Shown here piece after piece: positions 44,901-55,114 of a stretch of DNA of 64,000 bases. Each line of letters starts with the position of its first letter. The first letter of the stretch is position 1. Below the pieces are notes generated by a model that was not told the origin of the DNA, did no database searches, and saw nothing but the letters and a program-made list of their open reading frames with translations. A program made the translations under genes and the position numbers. Origin of the DNA: Pelagomonas calceolata (Eukaryota); NCBI GenBank assembly GCA_918797485.1, contig CAKKNE010000005.1, positions 992,001 to 1,056,000 on the forward strand. The letters run 5' to 3'.

Positions 44901-44929
44901 TACGGGAACGGGGCGCCATCGGGTCCAAA

Positions 44930-45899
44930 TTATTTACTTTTTTCGGATGCAGATCGGCTCGCAGTCGCCCTCTGGGATAGGTCTAAGGTCGGGTGGTCCC
45001 TACGCCGCATACGCCGGTTCTTGGGGCTCCCCAGATGGCTCTGGATCCAAAACTTTGGGGACTTGGGCTCCAGCCCGAAACTGGCTGAGGACCTGTACTG
45101 ATATGTATCCTCCGATGGGAGCGCACGCGCACGCGGTGTAGGCGATTGCCCACGTCTAGTACCGACCCTAGGCGACTCCCGGGAGACCTCAGGACCACGA
45201 ATCGACAGGGGCGGCCGACCGTTTGGTCCGTCGGCTCGGCGAACACGAGATTTCGAGGGCCCCGCCCGAGCTACCCACTACTCGACGCCGTCGACGCGAC
45301 AATTATACTTACCGTAGCGCTGCCTGAATCAAGCGCCCGGCCGCGCCCTGGTCGATGCGGTTCTTGGATGCGGACGCCGGTCGACGCGGGCTTTTTTTGG
45401 ATTTCGGCGGTTTCCTAACCGCGGTTTGGTGTTTCTTTTTTCGTCGCGGGCCGCCCAGGTCGACGACCACGGGCTTGCTCGGCCTCGCGGTGCGCGCCGC
45501 CCTGGCGGCGACGTCCACCACCACGCGTGCCGCGGCCGCGGCCGGCGTCCCGCCCTTCAGCGCTACGCGGAGCGGCCGACCGTCGAGCGCGCGGCCGTCG
45601 AACTCCGCGACGGCCGCGCGCGCCTTCGACGGCGTGCGAAATGCGACTTCGTAGGTCGTCGAGGACGTGTTCGCGCCCAAGGATGAGGTGACGCGATCGA
45701 CCGCGCCGACCGACGCGAACAAGTCTCTTACTTCCACAGCCGACACGGTCGGGCCCACGCCGCGCACGGTCACGACCTTGGTCGTGGTCGATGCGCCCAG
45801 CCGGTCGAGGATGTTCCGTTTTTTGGCCACTTTTTGGGAGCGGGCCGCCTTCTGCCTTGCCGCGGCGGCCTTGGCGCGCTTCTGGCGGTCCGTGGCCAT
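44930..45899 (-). CDS. RRM protein (ALY/REF-like); exons 45899-45313 and probably 45092-44930
   Basis: VTVRGVGPTVSAVEVRDLFASVGAV...EVAF...AVAEFDGRALDGRPLRV. GTAAGT donor at 45312 and TACAG acceptor at 45093 give an open second exon. Confidence 0.75.
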
Positions 45900-46102
45900 C
45901 TGCACCGATGGCGTGCCGGTGGAGGCAGCCTCGAATCGAGCTTGTCTGGCGGGAGAGGCAGCGTTTGTGCCCAGTGGCCAGGCTTTTTTGTAACAGTTGA
46001 CAGCCCACTGCGCCTGGACCCGCACGACGCCGCCGCGAAACCAGGATTCTTGGCGGTGCGAAAAAGTCATGCAATTCAAAGTATACGGCTCTTCGAGCCG
46101 TG

Positions 46103-46122
46103 CTAGCGGCGTAAGACACTAG
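46103..46122 (+). promoter_or_regulatory. CTAG-bounded upstream motif
   Basis: CTAGCGGCGTAAGACACTAG, between divergent genes. Confidence 0.7.
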
Positions 46123-46334
46123 CAAGCCAGCAAGCCGACTCGAGGCCGGTGCGTTCTTACAGCCCACAGTTCGTCATACGTCGGCGGAGAGTAATATCTG
46201 TTTGCTGACTCGATAACCTGCGCGCTGCGCGAGTCAAAAACGAGCCCAAGAGCCTCAACAGGCTCAGAGTTTGAAATATCCACTACTCCGAAACACAACG
46301 AACAAACGCGCACAGCGCTAATCAATTGTAGACG

Positions 46335-46943
46335 ATGGCCACGCGCTGCGCCATTCGCCGCCTCTCTCAATCGATGCGCGCCAGCGCGCCGCTGGCCGCC
46401 GCCGGCTCGCTCGCGGCGCTCGCCGCGCCGCCCGACGCACAGTGCTTGTGGTGGCGCCGCGACGCCGCCGCCAAGGAGGCCGAGCGCAAAGCTGCACTAA
46501 GTCCACTCGAGCGCCTCGCCGAGTTTGGGAAGGACGTCTCAACGAGCGACGGCCCGGGAGCCGTCGCCGACAAGATGCTAGAGGAAGTAGGTAAATTGGC
46601 CTCGGAAGCCCTCGCGACGGGCTACCCGAACCAGGTGGGCTGGGGCTTCTGCGCGGGTTATTGTACGGGCTTCGCGGCGAAGAAAGTGGGCAAGGTCGGC
46701 TTCGTCGTCGTCGGCAGTATGTACGCGCTACTCCAAACGGCGGCCTACCACGGCTACGTCACCGTGGACCACGCCAAGATCTCGCGCAAGTTCACGCAAG
46801 TGTTGGATGCGAACAAGGACGGGAGAGTGGATTCGAGGGACGCGCAGGACCTGTACGGCCAGGCCATGAAGGTCCTCGAGTTCAACGGGCCCTCGGGCGG
46901 CGGCTTCGGCGCCGGCGTGCTGCTCGGCCTGCGGTCGGGCTGA
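46335..46943 (+). CDS. FUN14-family mitochondrial membrane protein
   Basis: GFCAGYCTGFAAKKVGK...LLQTAAYHGYVTVD...GGGFGAGVLLG. Confidence 0.88.
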   Translation: MATRCAIRRLSQSMRASAPLAAAGSLAALAAPPDAQCLWWRRDAAAKEAERKAALSPLERLAEFGKDVSTSDGPGAVADKMLEEVGKLASEALATGYPNQVGWGFCAGYCTGFAAKKVGKVGFVVVGSMYALLQTAAYHGYVTVDHAKISRKFTQVLDANKDGRVDSRDAQDLYGQAMKVLEFNGPSGGGFGAGVLLGLRSG

Positions 46944-47188
46944 TGTGTGACTTCTGATATGATCCCCCCCCTACGGCGCGAAGGCCGGTTTGTAAAGATG
47001 CTTGTTATTCCTCGGTTGTTCGACGTCGCGTCGATGGCGTGCAAGGGGGTCGCTTATTGAGCTAGTAGCCGCTCTAGCACGGAAACCGAGTGCGTCGCCC
47101 CGCGCCGCCGCGCGCCCGGCACAAAGAACACGCTTCATTTGCGCTCAAAATTTAACAGGCGTCTCAGAGAGCTCTCCGGAATTTCTAG

Positions 47189-47956
47189 ACAACATGGGCA
47201 CCCCTTTGCGCTGACGACCAACCCAACGGGGCCGACGGCTGCGACGACGGCGTGTGCGTCAAGGTCGGTAAACCGTGGCGATCGAATTGCCCCGACGGCG
47301 AATGTGGTGGCGTACGGCCGAACTTGGACGAGGCGCGGTGCGCGGAGGTGGCCGCGATCCCGTATTACGCGGCGCAGTGTGACGGAACCCCCGAAGAGCA
47401 GTGTTGGACTTGGTGTCCGCTGCCGACGCCGACGCCGACGACGTCCACGACATCAACAAGGGCACCGCCGTACGACGACTTCTCGTTCTCGTACGTCTAC
47501 GTCTACGACACCTTTGCGCCAAGCGGCTTGCCGACCGCGCAGCCGACCGCCGAGCCCTCGCCGAGCCCGACGTCGTCGATGCCTTCGTCAGAGCCGACGA
47601 CTGCGCCGACCTCCTCGGAGCCGACGAGCGAGCCGACGACTACGCCGACCTCCTCGGAGCCGACGAGCGAGCCCACGGCGGGCCCTACGCCTGGGCCGAC
47701 CGCCGTGCCGACGGAGGTCTCGTACTTGTACGTCTACGACACCTTTGCGCCGAGTGGCTTGCCGACCGCGCGGCCGACGAGCGAGCCGACGACGGCGCCA
47801 ACTTCCTCGGAGCCCACTGTTCAGCCGACGGCGGGCTCTACGCCTGTGCCGACGGAGTTCTCGTACTCATACGTCTACGACACCCTGGTGCCGACCGCGC
47901 TGCCGACGGACGAGCCGTCGCCGTCACCGACGCTGGCGCCGTGGGCTCCGCCGTAG
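47189..47956 (+). CDS. Cys-rich + mucin-like Pro/Thr/Ser repeat protein (terminal exon; 5' part not located)
   Basis: Frame opens after TTTCTAG at 47188. Nine Cys, then EPT/PTS repeats and three SYxYVYDT(F/L)xP units. Confidence 0.5.
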   Translation, partial: TTWAPLCADDQPNGADGCDDGVCVKVGKPWRSNCPDGECGGVRPNLDEARCAEVAAIPYYAAQCDGTPEEQCWTWCPLPTPTPTTSTTSTRAPPYDDFSFSYVYVYDTFAPSGLPTAQPTAEPSPSPTSSMPSSEPTTAPTSSEPTSEPTTTPTSSEPTSEPTAGPTPGPTAVPTEVSYLYVYDTFAPSGLPTARPTSEPTTAPTSSEPTVQPTAGSTPVPTEFSYSYVYDTLVPTALPTDEPSPSPTLAPWAPP

Positions 47957-48046
47957 GTCGTCGCCGCGATCTGAACCGGCGCGCGCGGCGCCAAGGCCAT
48001 GCGCGCACCGCACATACCTTCCTCTTCAAGTTTATAATAGAGTCAT

Positions 48047-49018
48047 TCAATCATTACCCCCACCACCGCCATAGCTCTGGCGCACGGCGCGCACGAGCGC
48101 CCCGAGCACCGCTGGAGTGCTGGGTTTCAGCTTGCGCGTCAGCGAGTCGCCGCCCCGCTTCTCGAGCTCATCGACAATGGCCTCCAACAATTCGATGATG
48201 GCGTACACCACCAGCCGGGAGGACTTCGGCAGGTCCGGCACCGCCAGCCGCGCCGACGCGTAGAGCTCGCGCGCGCGCGCCACTTGGAGCTCTACCGTTT
48301 GTACGTACTCCGGTGTCAATCTACCAACAAGGACGTCATCCAACTGAGCGCCGGTGGCTCGCAGGTCCTCGAGGGGCAGATACACGCGATTCAGGTCCAC
48401 GGCGTCGCCGCCCACGTCCCTCAAAATGTTCGTGAGCTGGATGGCGACGCCCAAATCGACGGCCCGCGCCTTCGTTTCTGGAGACGCGTCCGCGGCGCCC
48501 AAGAGAGGTAATAACATCAAGCCAACCCCCCCGGCGACGCGCTCGCAGTACAACCGTAAATCGGGCTCGAAGCGCTCGAAGCGCACTTCCGGTTTTTGCT
48601 CGGACCGCATGCCATCCAACATGGCCAGGAACGGCTCGAGTTCCAACTTCGGGTAGGACTTGAAGGTGGCCGCGAGACCCGCATCCACGGCGTTGCGCGG
48701 CGCGCCTTGCAGAGCCGCCCGCAGGTCCGCCTCGATCTCATCTAATCTCGCTAAAGCTTGCGCGGAGTCGACGCCCGCCTCGTCCGCGACGTCGTCCGCT
48801 CTTCGGCACCATGCGTAGACGGACCGCACGCCGCGCCGCGCGTTCACGTCCCGGATCAGGCGACTCGCCAGGTGCAGCAGGGGGTCGTTCTTGCGCAACG
48901 CTTCGTCGACCTTCTTCGGGCTCGTGAAGGGGAGAGGGGCGCGGGGTGTGGTTGTTGGCGCCGCGGCGAGGGCGTTAGTGGTTGCGATGAGGCATGAAAT
49001 GACGACGTAGGTGCGCAT
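48047..49018 (-). CDS. PSY: Phytoene synthase (squalene/phytoene synthase family), plastid-targeted
   Basis: VYAWCRRADDVADE, LRLYCERVAGGVG, QLTNILRDVGGD, RVYLP; N-terminal signal peptide. Confidence 0.85.
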   Translation of the reverse strand: MRTYVVISCLIATTNALAAAPTTTPRAPLPFTSPKKVDEALRKNDPLLHLASRLIRDVNARRGVRSVYAWCRRADDVADEAGVDSAQALARLDEIEADLRAALQGAPRNAVDAGLAATFKSYPKLELEPFLAMLDGMRSEQKPEVRFERFEPDLRLYCERVAGGVGLMLLPLLGAADASPETKARAVDLGVAIQLTNILRDVGGDAVDLNRVYLPLEDLRATGAQLDDVLVGRLTPEYVQTVELQVARARELYASARLAVPDLPKSSRLVVYAIIELLEAIVDELEKRGGDSLTRKLKPSTPAVLGALVRAVRQSYGGGGGND

Positions 49019-49259
49019 GGCTTTGCGCTGCGCTTTTCGACTGATCCCGTGTGCCGGCTTGGGCCCGCGTGACGACGACGCGTAGCTGTTCAGCTCTGAC
49101 GCTGGCTGTGGGTTCCTTCCGTCTCCCGGGGCGTCTGCGCTTTTCACGTGTGGCCCGGAGCGTCGAGAGGTGCGACTGGATCCACTGGCTCGTCGTGAGG
49201 CAGGCGCACAGCGCTGTTGTTCAGCACTTTGAGTCAGAGTCGACGGCAAAATCGCGAAC

Positions 49260-49281
49260 CTAGCGGCCTGTAAGGCACTAG
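49260..49281 (+). promoter_or_regulatory. CTAG-bounded upstream motif
   Basis: CTAGCGGCCTGTAAGGCACTAG, between divergent genes. Confidence 0.7.
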
Positions 49282-49495
49282 GAAGTCAGCCAAGCCAAGC
49301 GCCTGTTTCTGGGCGTAGACGTGCTAAATATACGCTAAAATACACGTATTAGATTACTGATTGACGCCACTGACGCCCCAGAACCGCTGCGCCGCTGGGC
49401 GGCCTCTGGCTGTCAGATCTGCTGTAGCCTCCTGCCGCGCTTTGAGCATAACTAGTGCGCGTGCGCAAAAAATACGCGTTCGAACGTACTAAACA

Positions 49496-51031
49496 ATGCG
49501 CGCGACGCCGCTCCTGCGAAACCTCGCGCGCAACGCCCTGCGAAACGGCACCGCGGCGGCGACGGCCCGGGCGACACCACCACAAAGTTGGCGGCGCCTG
49601 GCCACGTCCCCGCTCGCCACCGACGCCGTAAACCTGGACCTCTCGCAAGCCAAAGCATTGACCTGCCACAACATGATGTGCGAGCACGTCGGCGAGCCCT
49701 GCGGCTGTAGGATCGCCGCGTTCCTCGAGCGGCGGAGCTTTCCGAAGCTCGAGACGCTGTCGCTCCGCGGCGCGGGACTGCGGGCGGTGCCAGACGCAGT
49801 ATTTCGCCTACCGCGGCTCCGCGAGCTCGACCTGTCGCGCAACGAGCTGCTGCGCGCGCTGCCCGACGACCTCGCGGCGCTCGAAAGCCTGGAGACGCTC
49901 GACGTGACCGAGACGGCGCTCGAGGCGCTGCCGGCGCGTTTGTTCGACTTGCCGCGCTTGCGCCGCGTCGCCGCCGACGCGGAGCTTCTCGTCGCGCCGG
50001 CGGGCTGGACTGCGGCGGACGGAGCGCTCGAGCGCGGCGGCGTCATCGTCGCGGCGGCGGCGTCTTCGCGTGCGCGGCCACCGGTCGCGGCGCCGCGGCG
50101 ACGGGCGTTTAGCACCGGTATTTCGAGGCCCAAACAAAACGCGGCGGACGTGCGCGACCTGCTGCGGACGCGGCTCTCGCTGACTGATGCGGGGCTAGAT
50201 AGGGTCAAGCGGCGTGGGTCCTTGGGAGCGAGAGCGACCGTGGAGCCGAAGCTTACATGGCTGCAGACGCGGCTCGACCTGGACGCGGCGCAACTGGGGA
50301 AGATGGTTGTGAAGTTTCCGCCGCTGTTGTATGCAAGTGTCGAGGACAACCTGATGCCGACGCTCGACTGGCTACAGACACGTCTTGACCTAGACGCGCC
50401 GCAGCTAAAGAAGGTGGTTTTGGGGCACCCGCCGCTCCTGGGAATTAGCGTTGAGGACAACATCGCTCCGAAGCTTGACTGGCTGCAGACGCGCCTTGGT
50501 CTGGATGAGATGGGGCTGAGGAAGATGGTTCTGAGGTTTCCGTCTCTGCTGGCCTACAGCGTCGAGGACAACCTGGCGCCAAAGCTCGGGTGGTTGCAGC
50601 GGCGCCTACGTCTGGACGAAGCGCAGCTGGGGAAGGTGGTTCGGGTGCGCCCGCAACTGCTGAGCTGCAGCGTCGAGGACAACCTGGAGCCGAAGCTCAA
50701 TTGGCTGCAGACGCGCCTCGACCTGGACGACGCGGGACTGAGGAAGATTGTTGTGACGTGTCAACAACTGTTGGGCTTGAGCGTCGAGGACAACATGGAG
50801 CCGAAGCTTCAGTTTCTTGCGCGGGAGATCGGCCTCTCGCGGCCCGAGCTTCGCGAACACGTGCTGAGAATTCCGGCCATCTTGGCGTACAGCCTGGAAA
50901 ATCGCTACCGCCCGCGCCTCGAGGCGTGCCGCGCAGCCGGCGTCGATCCGGCATACGCAGTCACCACGGCGCCTTACACGGACGAAACGTTCGACAGGTG
51001 CCTCGAGAGGAGGGGCCGGGCCCAAATGTAG
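49496..51031 (+). CDS. LRR + mTERF repeat protein
   Basis: LETLSLRGAGLRAVP/LRELDLSRNELLRALP LRRs, then about six 36-aa mTERF repeats (VEDNLxPKLxWLQTRLDLD...P.LL). Confidence 0.8.
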   Translation: MRATPLLRNLARNALRNGTAAATARATPPQSWRRLATSPLATDAVNLDLSQAKALTCHNMMCEHVGEPCGCRIAAFLERRSFPKLETLSLRGAGLRAVPDAVFRLPRLRELDLSRNELLRALPDDLAALESLETLDVTETALEALPARLFDLPRLRRVAADAELLVAPAGWTAADGALERGGVIVAAAASSRARPPVAAPRRRAFSTGISRPKQNAADVRDLLRTRLSLTDAGLDRVKRRGSLGARATVEPKLTWLQTRLDLDAAQLGKMVVKFPPLLYASVEDNLMPTLDWLQTRLDLDAPQLKKVVLGHPPLLGISVEDNIAPKLDWLQTRLGLDEMGLRKMVLRFPSLLAYSVEDNLAPKLGWLQRRLRLDEAQLGKVVRVRPQLLSCSVEDNLEPKLNWLQTRLDLDDAGLRKIVVTCQQLLGLSVEDNMEPKLQFLAREIGLSRPELREHVLRIPAILAYSLENRYRPRLEACRAAGVDPAYAVTTAPYTDETFDRCLERRGRAQM

Positions 51032-51050
51032 GTGTGTAAGTTTTGATGAA

Positions 51051-52617
51051 TTAGGTCCGCTCTAGCACCTCGCGGACGACGCGCACGACGGCCTCGACGT
51101 CCACGGCCCCGCCCCGCGCCATCGAGCACGTTCGACATAAAACTCCCTGGTAGGTTGCGCCGACTCCGACCGCCATATGTGCGAACATGGACGGGTGCCC
51201 GCAAGAGTGCTCGCGCGGCGTGATCTCGACGAGGCCCTGGCCGGGCCCGAGGAACAACGCGTGGGCAAGCGCGCCGCCGTGGAGGCCGACGACCACCCGC
51301 GCGCGCCGCCAGAGCGCGACCTGGCGGGCCCACGGCCGCGCGACGGCGGTAGAGACGACGCGGACCGTCAACGACGGCAGCGCGGCCCGCAGCGCGTCGA
51401 CGACGGCGTCGACGTTGTGCACGGTCCTCCTCGCGTTCAGCAGCCGCCGGCGCGCCGGCGCCCGGCGCGTGAGCACGAGCACGAACGGCTTCTCCGCGCG
51501 CCGTCGTCTCGCCAGGTTGGCCGCGCGCTCGATCCGGTCGTCCACAGTCCGCCGTAGCTGCGCAAACACGTCGGAGCGCACCTGCGCGCGGCAGTTCGCC
51601 GGCGCCCACGTGGCCGAGTGGAAGGGCGGCGGTGACAGCACGACGTCGCGGTAGTAGACCGCGGTATCGTAGGTCCGCGCGTCCGGGTCGTAGAGCCACG
51701 CGACGCGCCGCGCGGAGCCCCAGAGCAGGTACGTCGCGACGTCGGCCGCGGGCGCCCAGGGCGCCGCGTCGCCGCCCGCGGCGCGCATCGCGTGGCCGCC
51801 GAACCCGAAGCCGCCCGCCAGGAAGACGGTGGTTCGATTGAGCGGCGCGAAACCCCGCGACCGCCTCACTATCTCCATCGTCGCCGGCGGCAGTGCGCCG
51901 GGTTCGGGGCGCTGCCGCCGCAGTCGCCGCGCCGCGCGAGGTACAGCGGCTCGTCGCTCATCCGTCGCGCCGGCGGCGGCCCGCGCCGCAATTGCACCTT
52001 GGGCCACATCTGCTCCTTGGGCCTGCCCCAGAGCCGCCGCTGTAGTATCGCGGCCGCCTCCTTGCTGGACGGTTCGCAGTAGACGCTCCAGGCGCAGCGC
52101 TTGCTGACCTCCGCGTATTTATCCCCGAGCTTGACGCCGCGCAGCGCCCCCTCGGCGCACGTGGAGGACGACGCGTCCGGCGGGTAGGCATTGCGCAGGA
52201 CGCAGTAGTCGCCGCCCTGCGCGGGGTGACGCCTTCACGGAACTGTTCCACAGCACGCCATCGCCGCGCGCGTCCGGGACGCTGGACACGCACCCCAAAG
52301 GTGTAGCACGCGACGGCGCCGTGGGGGCCGGCGCACGACGCCTTCGGGGTCTCGGTCGCCCGGAGCAGCGACGCAAAGTCGGCGTTGACCGGCTTCCGCT
52401 CAAATTCGCAGGGGGGCAGCGGTCTCTCAATACCTTCGCATCGGTACCCTTGCCTGAGCGACGCGCGGCAGGTGGCATCGCAGGCTCGCGCCTGAGCCTC
52501 GGTCTGCGCCGCATACGGCTCGTGGTCGCCGAGCCATGTTCTCAGGTCATCGTCCGTGGAGCTCGTGAACCATGCTGCTGCGCTGCTCAGCAGGTAAATG
52601 AGGACTCGTGGCGTCAT
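51051..52617 (-). CDS. GT61-family glycosyltransferase; intron 52217-52293, apparent frameshift near 51889
   Basis: Signal peptide; C-terminal RQVALWRRARVVVGLHGGALAHALFLGPGQGLVEI is the GT61 signature. Confidence 0.65.
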
Positions 52618-52817
52618 CTGCGCTGCTCAGCATCAGCAGCATCGGCAGTAGTCATACTGATGCTTAGCGGTCGCGGCGACGGCGCATGCGTTCCAGGCTG
52701 TTCCGGGGGGACCAGGACCGTCGATTGCAGGCGGGGGGCAGCCCTGAAGGCTGCCCGCTCGACGCCGCGCGCGCGAAAAATTTCCACAAAAAACGGGTTT
52801 CGCAGATTGATAAATAC

Positions 52818-53756
52818 CTAATTACTCTTCTCGAGCTCCTCGAGCACGTCTAAAGCAAGCGGCCGCGCGCCCCGGTCCCGGTCCTTCAACAACAGGTCCG
52901 TGGACACGTCCGCGCAGAGCCACGCGCCTCCCTGAATTTCCTTCTCGAGCTCGCCGGGCTGCCACCGCGTCGCCTGGGCGAAGAGCCGGAAGCGGAAGGG
53001 GTTCGCCATGCCCTTTTCCACTAATGTGGAAGCGGTGCGCCAGTCGCCGCCCGCGTAGAGGCCGTCGTCCGTGAGTCGAACAGAGCCCGGAATCGTCTCC
53101 GACGCGTAGGGGTGGACCGCCACGATGCCCGTGGTGGCGCCCTGTTCCGGCGCGCCGACGGTGCGCTCGATCGGGCTTGAAAAGGCGTCCTCGACGGTCG
53201 GGCCCCCGACCCACAAAGGCTGGAGCATAAACCCAGTGGTATAGAGCTCCTTCAGGTCGCCCATCATGTAGCCCGACCGTCTCCCCAATAACACGCCGGA
53301 AAATCCTTCGGACTTCGGTTGGGCGCCGTCCAAAATCAAGACCACAGGAACCAGTCCCGCGAGGCGGTCCTCGGGGATCCGTTGTGCCGCGTCGGCCGCG
53401 AGGCCGACTCTCTTCAGAGCGCTCTTGACAGCACCAGACGGCTTGTCGGCGAAGAACCAGTCTTTCCTCCCGATCAATACGACGCCCGTGCGCGGCTTCT
53501 CCGCGGCGCGCGCCCACTCAGGGTCTTGATCACTGTCGTCGTCCTCCGTGGGTTCCACATCCTTCGCGACGGCGTCGAGCCCGCCCTTCAGCAGCCGCGC
53601 CCGGAAGGCGGCGACGCGCGCCGCCTCGTCGGCGTCGTCGATACTGCCGTCGCGGTCGCTCTTGCTGACTGGCACTCGACAGCGCAGCGGCGCGGGACCG
53701 ATGAACGCGTGCGACGCCGCGGCTAGCAGCAGTGCCAGGAGTGGCGAGCGTTGCAT
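52818..53756 (-). CDS. AlgH/YqgE (DUF179)-like plastid protein
   Basis: ASHA-FIG presequence, VVLILD...GVLLGR, LWVGGP, FRLFAQATRWQPGELEKEIQGGAW. Confidence 0.7.
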   Translation of the reverse strand: MQRSPLLALLLAAASHAFIGPAPLRCRVPVSKSDRDGSIDDADEAARVAAFRARLLKGGLDAVAKDVEPTEDDDSDQDPEWARAAEKPRTGVVLIGRKDWFFADKPSGAVKSALKRVGLAADAAQRIPEDRLAGLVPVVLILDGAQPKSEGFSGVLLGRRSGYMMGDLKELYTTGFMLQPLWVGGPTVEDAFSSPIERTVGAPEQGATTGIVAVHPYASETIPGSVRLTDDGLYAGGDWRTASTLVEKGMANPFRFRLFAQATRWQPGELEKEIQGGAWLCADVSTDLLLKDRDRGARPLALDVLEELEKSN

Positions 53757-53955
53757 GGCTGCTTAGCGACGACGCGTGCCACAGCAAGTGCGGTACAGAT
53801 TGCAGCTGTGCAGTTGTCTGCGCAGGCCGCTGTCGTTCCGGCAGCGAGTTATACGTTCTCGCCGCTATTGGCGACGCGCTCTATCTTCTCAGTTCTGTCG
53901 CTATCGATGCGAATTGCAGCCGACAGGCCAGCTCCGTCACGTGAAGCATAATTAG

Positions 53956-53977
53956 CTAGCGACCTGAAAGGCACTAG
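53956..53977 (+). promoter_or_regulatory. CTAG-bounded upstream motif
   Basis: CTAGCGACCTGAAAGGCACTAG, between divergent genes. Confidence 0.65.
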
Positions 53978-54202
53978 CAAAGCCTCATCGACGACGCCCT
54001 AGGGCTCATACTGCGTCGCCACAAGGCCCGCGCGACGCCCCAGGCCTTTAAAACATCGCCGCAGCCAGGCGTTCGCCGGAGCCGAGCCCCCGCGACCCAC
54101 AAAAACAAAGCCACAGAGCTTGGGCCCACAGCCTGAGCATCGCAGAGGTGTGAGCCCCGCGGCCCAAAAACAAAGCCACAGAGCAAAGCCCAGCACAACA
54201 AA

Positions 54203-55075
54203 ATGGGAGGCGATGGCGGCTGCATCGCCACGCAGCGCGAGTTCATGCGCGGCACCTACGGCTCCGCCCATTCGAAGGGCGGCTGGGCGCAAGGGCAGAA
54301 CCACGGCTCGGGCACGACCGGTGGGGATGCGGAGAGCGGCGACTTTACAAACAGAAGGCGCGCCATCCGCGTGCGGTCCTGCGCCCTGTCGGGGGACGCC
54401 TTGAAAGCACCGGTGGTCAGCGACGCGTTCGGCCAGCTCTTCAACAAATTGGACGTGTTGGAGCAGCTCTCTTCCAAAAGTTTGCCGGAGGCGTTTTCGC
54501 ACATTCGCGGCTTACGGGATCTCATCGACGTGAAATCAACACCACCAAAGGGCGAGAAGGACTACGTCCACGGCGACGGCGCGCCGTTTTGTCAGTGCCC
54601 GTTGACGGGCGCTTCATTTGATGGCTCCGAGCCCTTCCTCGTGGTACGGACGACGGGCTGGTTGATAGCTCAAAAAGCAATTTCAGAACTTGGCGAACAG
54701 GCGTTGCAGGACGAGTACGGCCCCTTTACAAAGAGCGATTTGGTGACAGCAGCACCAGATCCCGACGACGTCCGGGAGGCTTCAAGAGCTCTGGCCGAGA
54801 AAAGAGCAGCTGCAAAAGCCAAGAAGAAGGCCGCGAAGCGCGCCAAGGCCGGTGTTGTGGCCGACGAGAAACCGGAAAAAAAGAAAAGGAAGGCGGCGCC
54901 GCCTGCAATAGGTGCGGCCGCCGACATCGCGCGCCAAGCGAAGGAGCGGACGCAGCAGGACCACGCCCAGAACCCCGAGTTGGGGGCCATGTTCCACTCG
55001 GACGCGACGAACTCTAAACCGGACGCCGCCACATTGTTTGCGGCGACGGCGCCGCGGCGGTACAACCTGAACTGA
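54203..55075 (+). CDS. RTF2: Replication termination factor 2 (Rtf2 RING-like)
   Basis: MGGDGGCI, CALSGDALKAPVVSDAFGQLFNK, FSHIRGLRDL, CPLTG. Confidence 0.88.
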   Translation: MGGDGGCIATQREFMRGTYGSAHSKGGWAQGQNHGSGTTGGDAESGDFTNRRRAIRVRSCALSGDALKAPVVSDAFGQLFNKLDVLEQLSSKSLPEAFSHIRGLRDLIDVKSTPPKGEKDYVHGDGAPFCQCPLTGASFDGSEPFLVVRTTGWLIAQKAISELGEQALQDEYGPFTKSDLVTAAPDPDDVREASRALAEKRAAAKAKKKAAKRAKAGVVADEKPEKKKRKAAPPAIGAAADIARQAKERTQQDHAQNPELGAMFHSDATNSKPDAATLFAATAPRRYNLN

Positions 55076-55114
55076 TGAGTAATTCTTGTGTGCACAAACT
55101 AGTTACATTCACAT

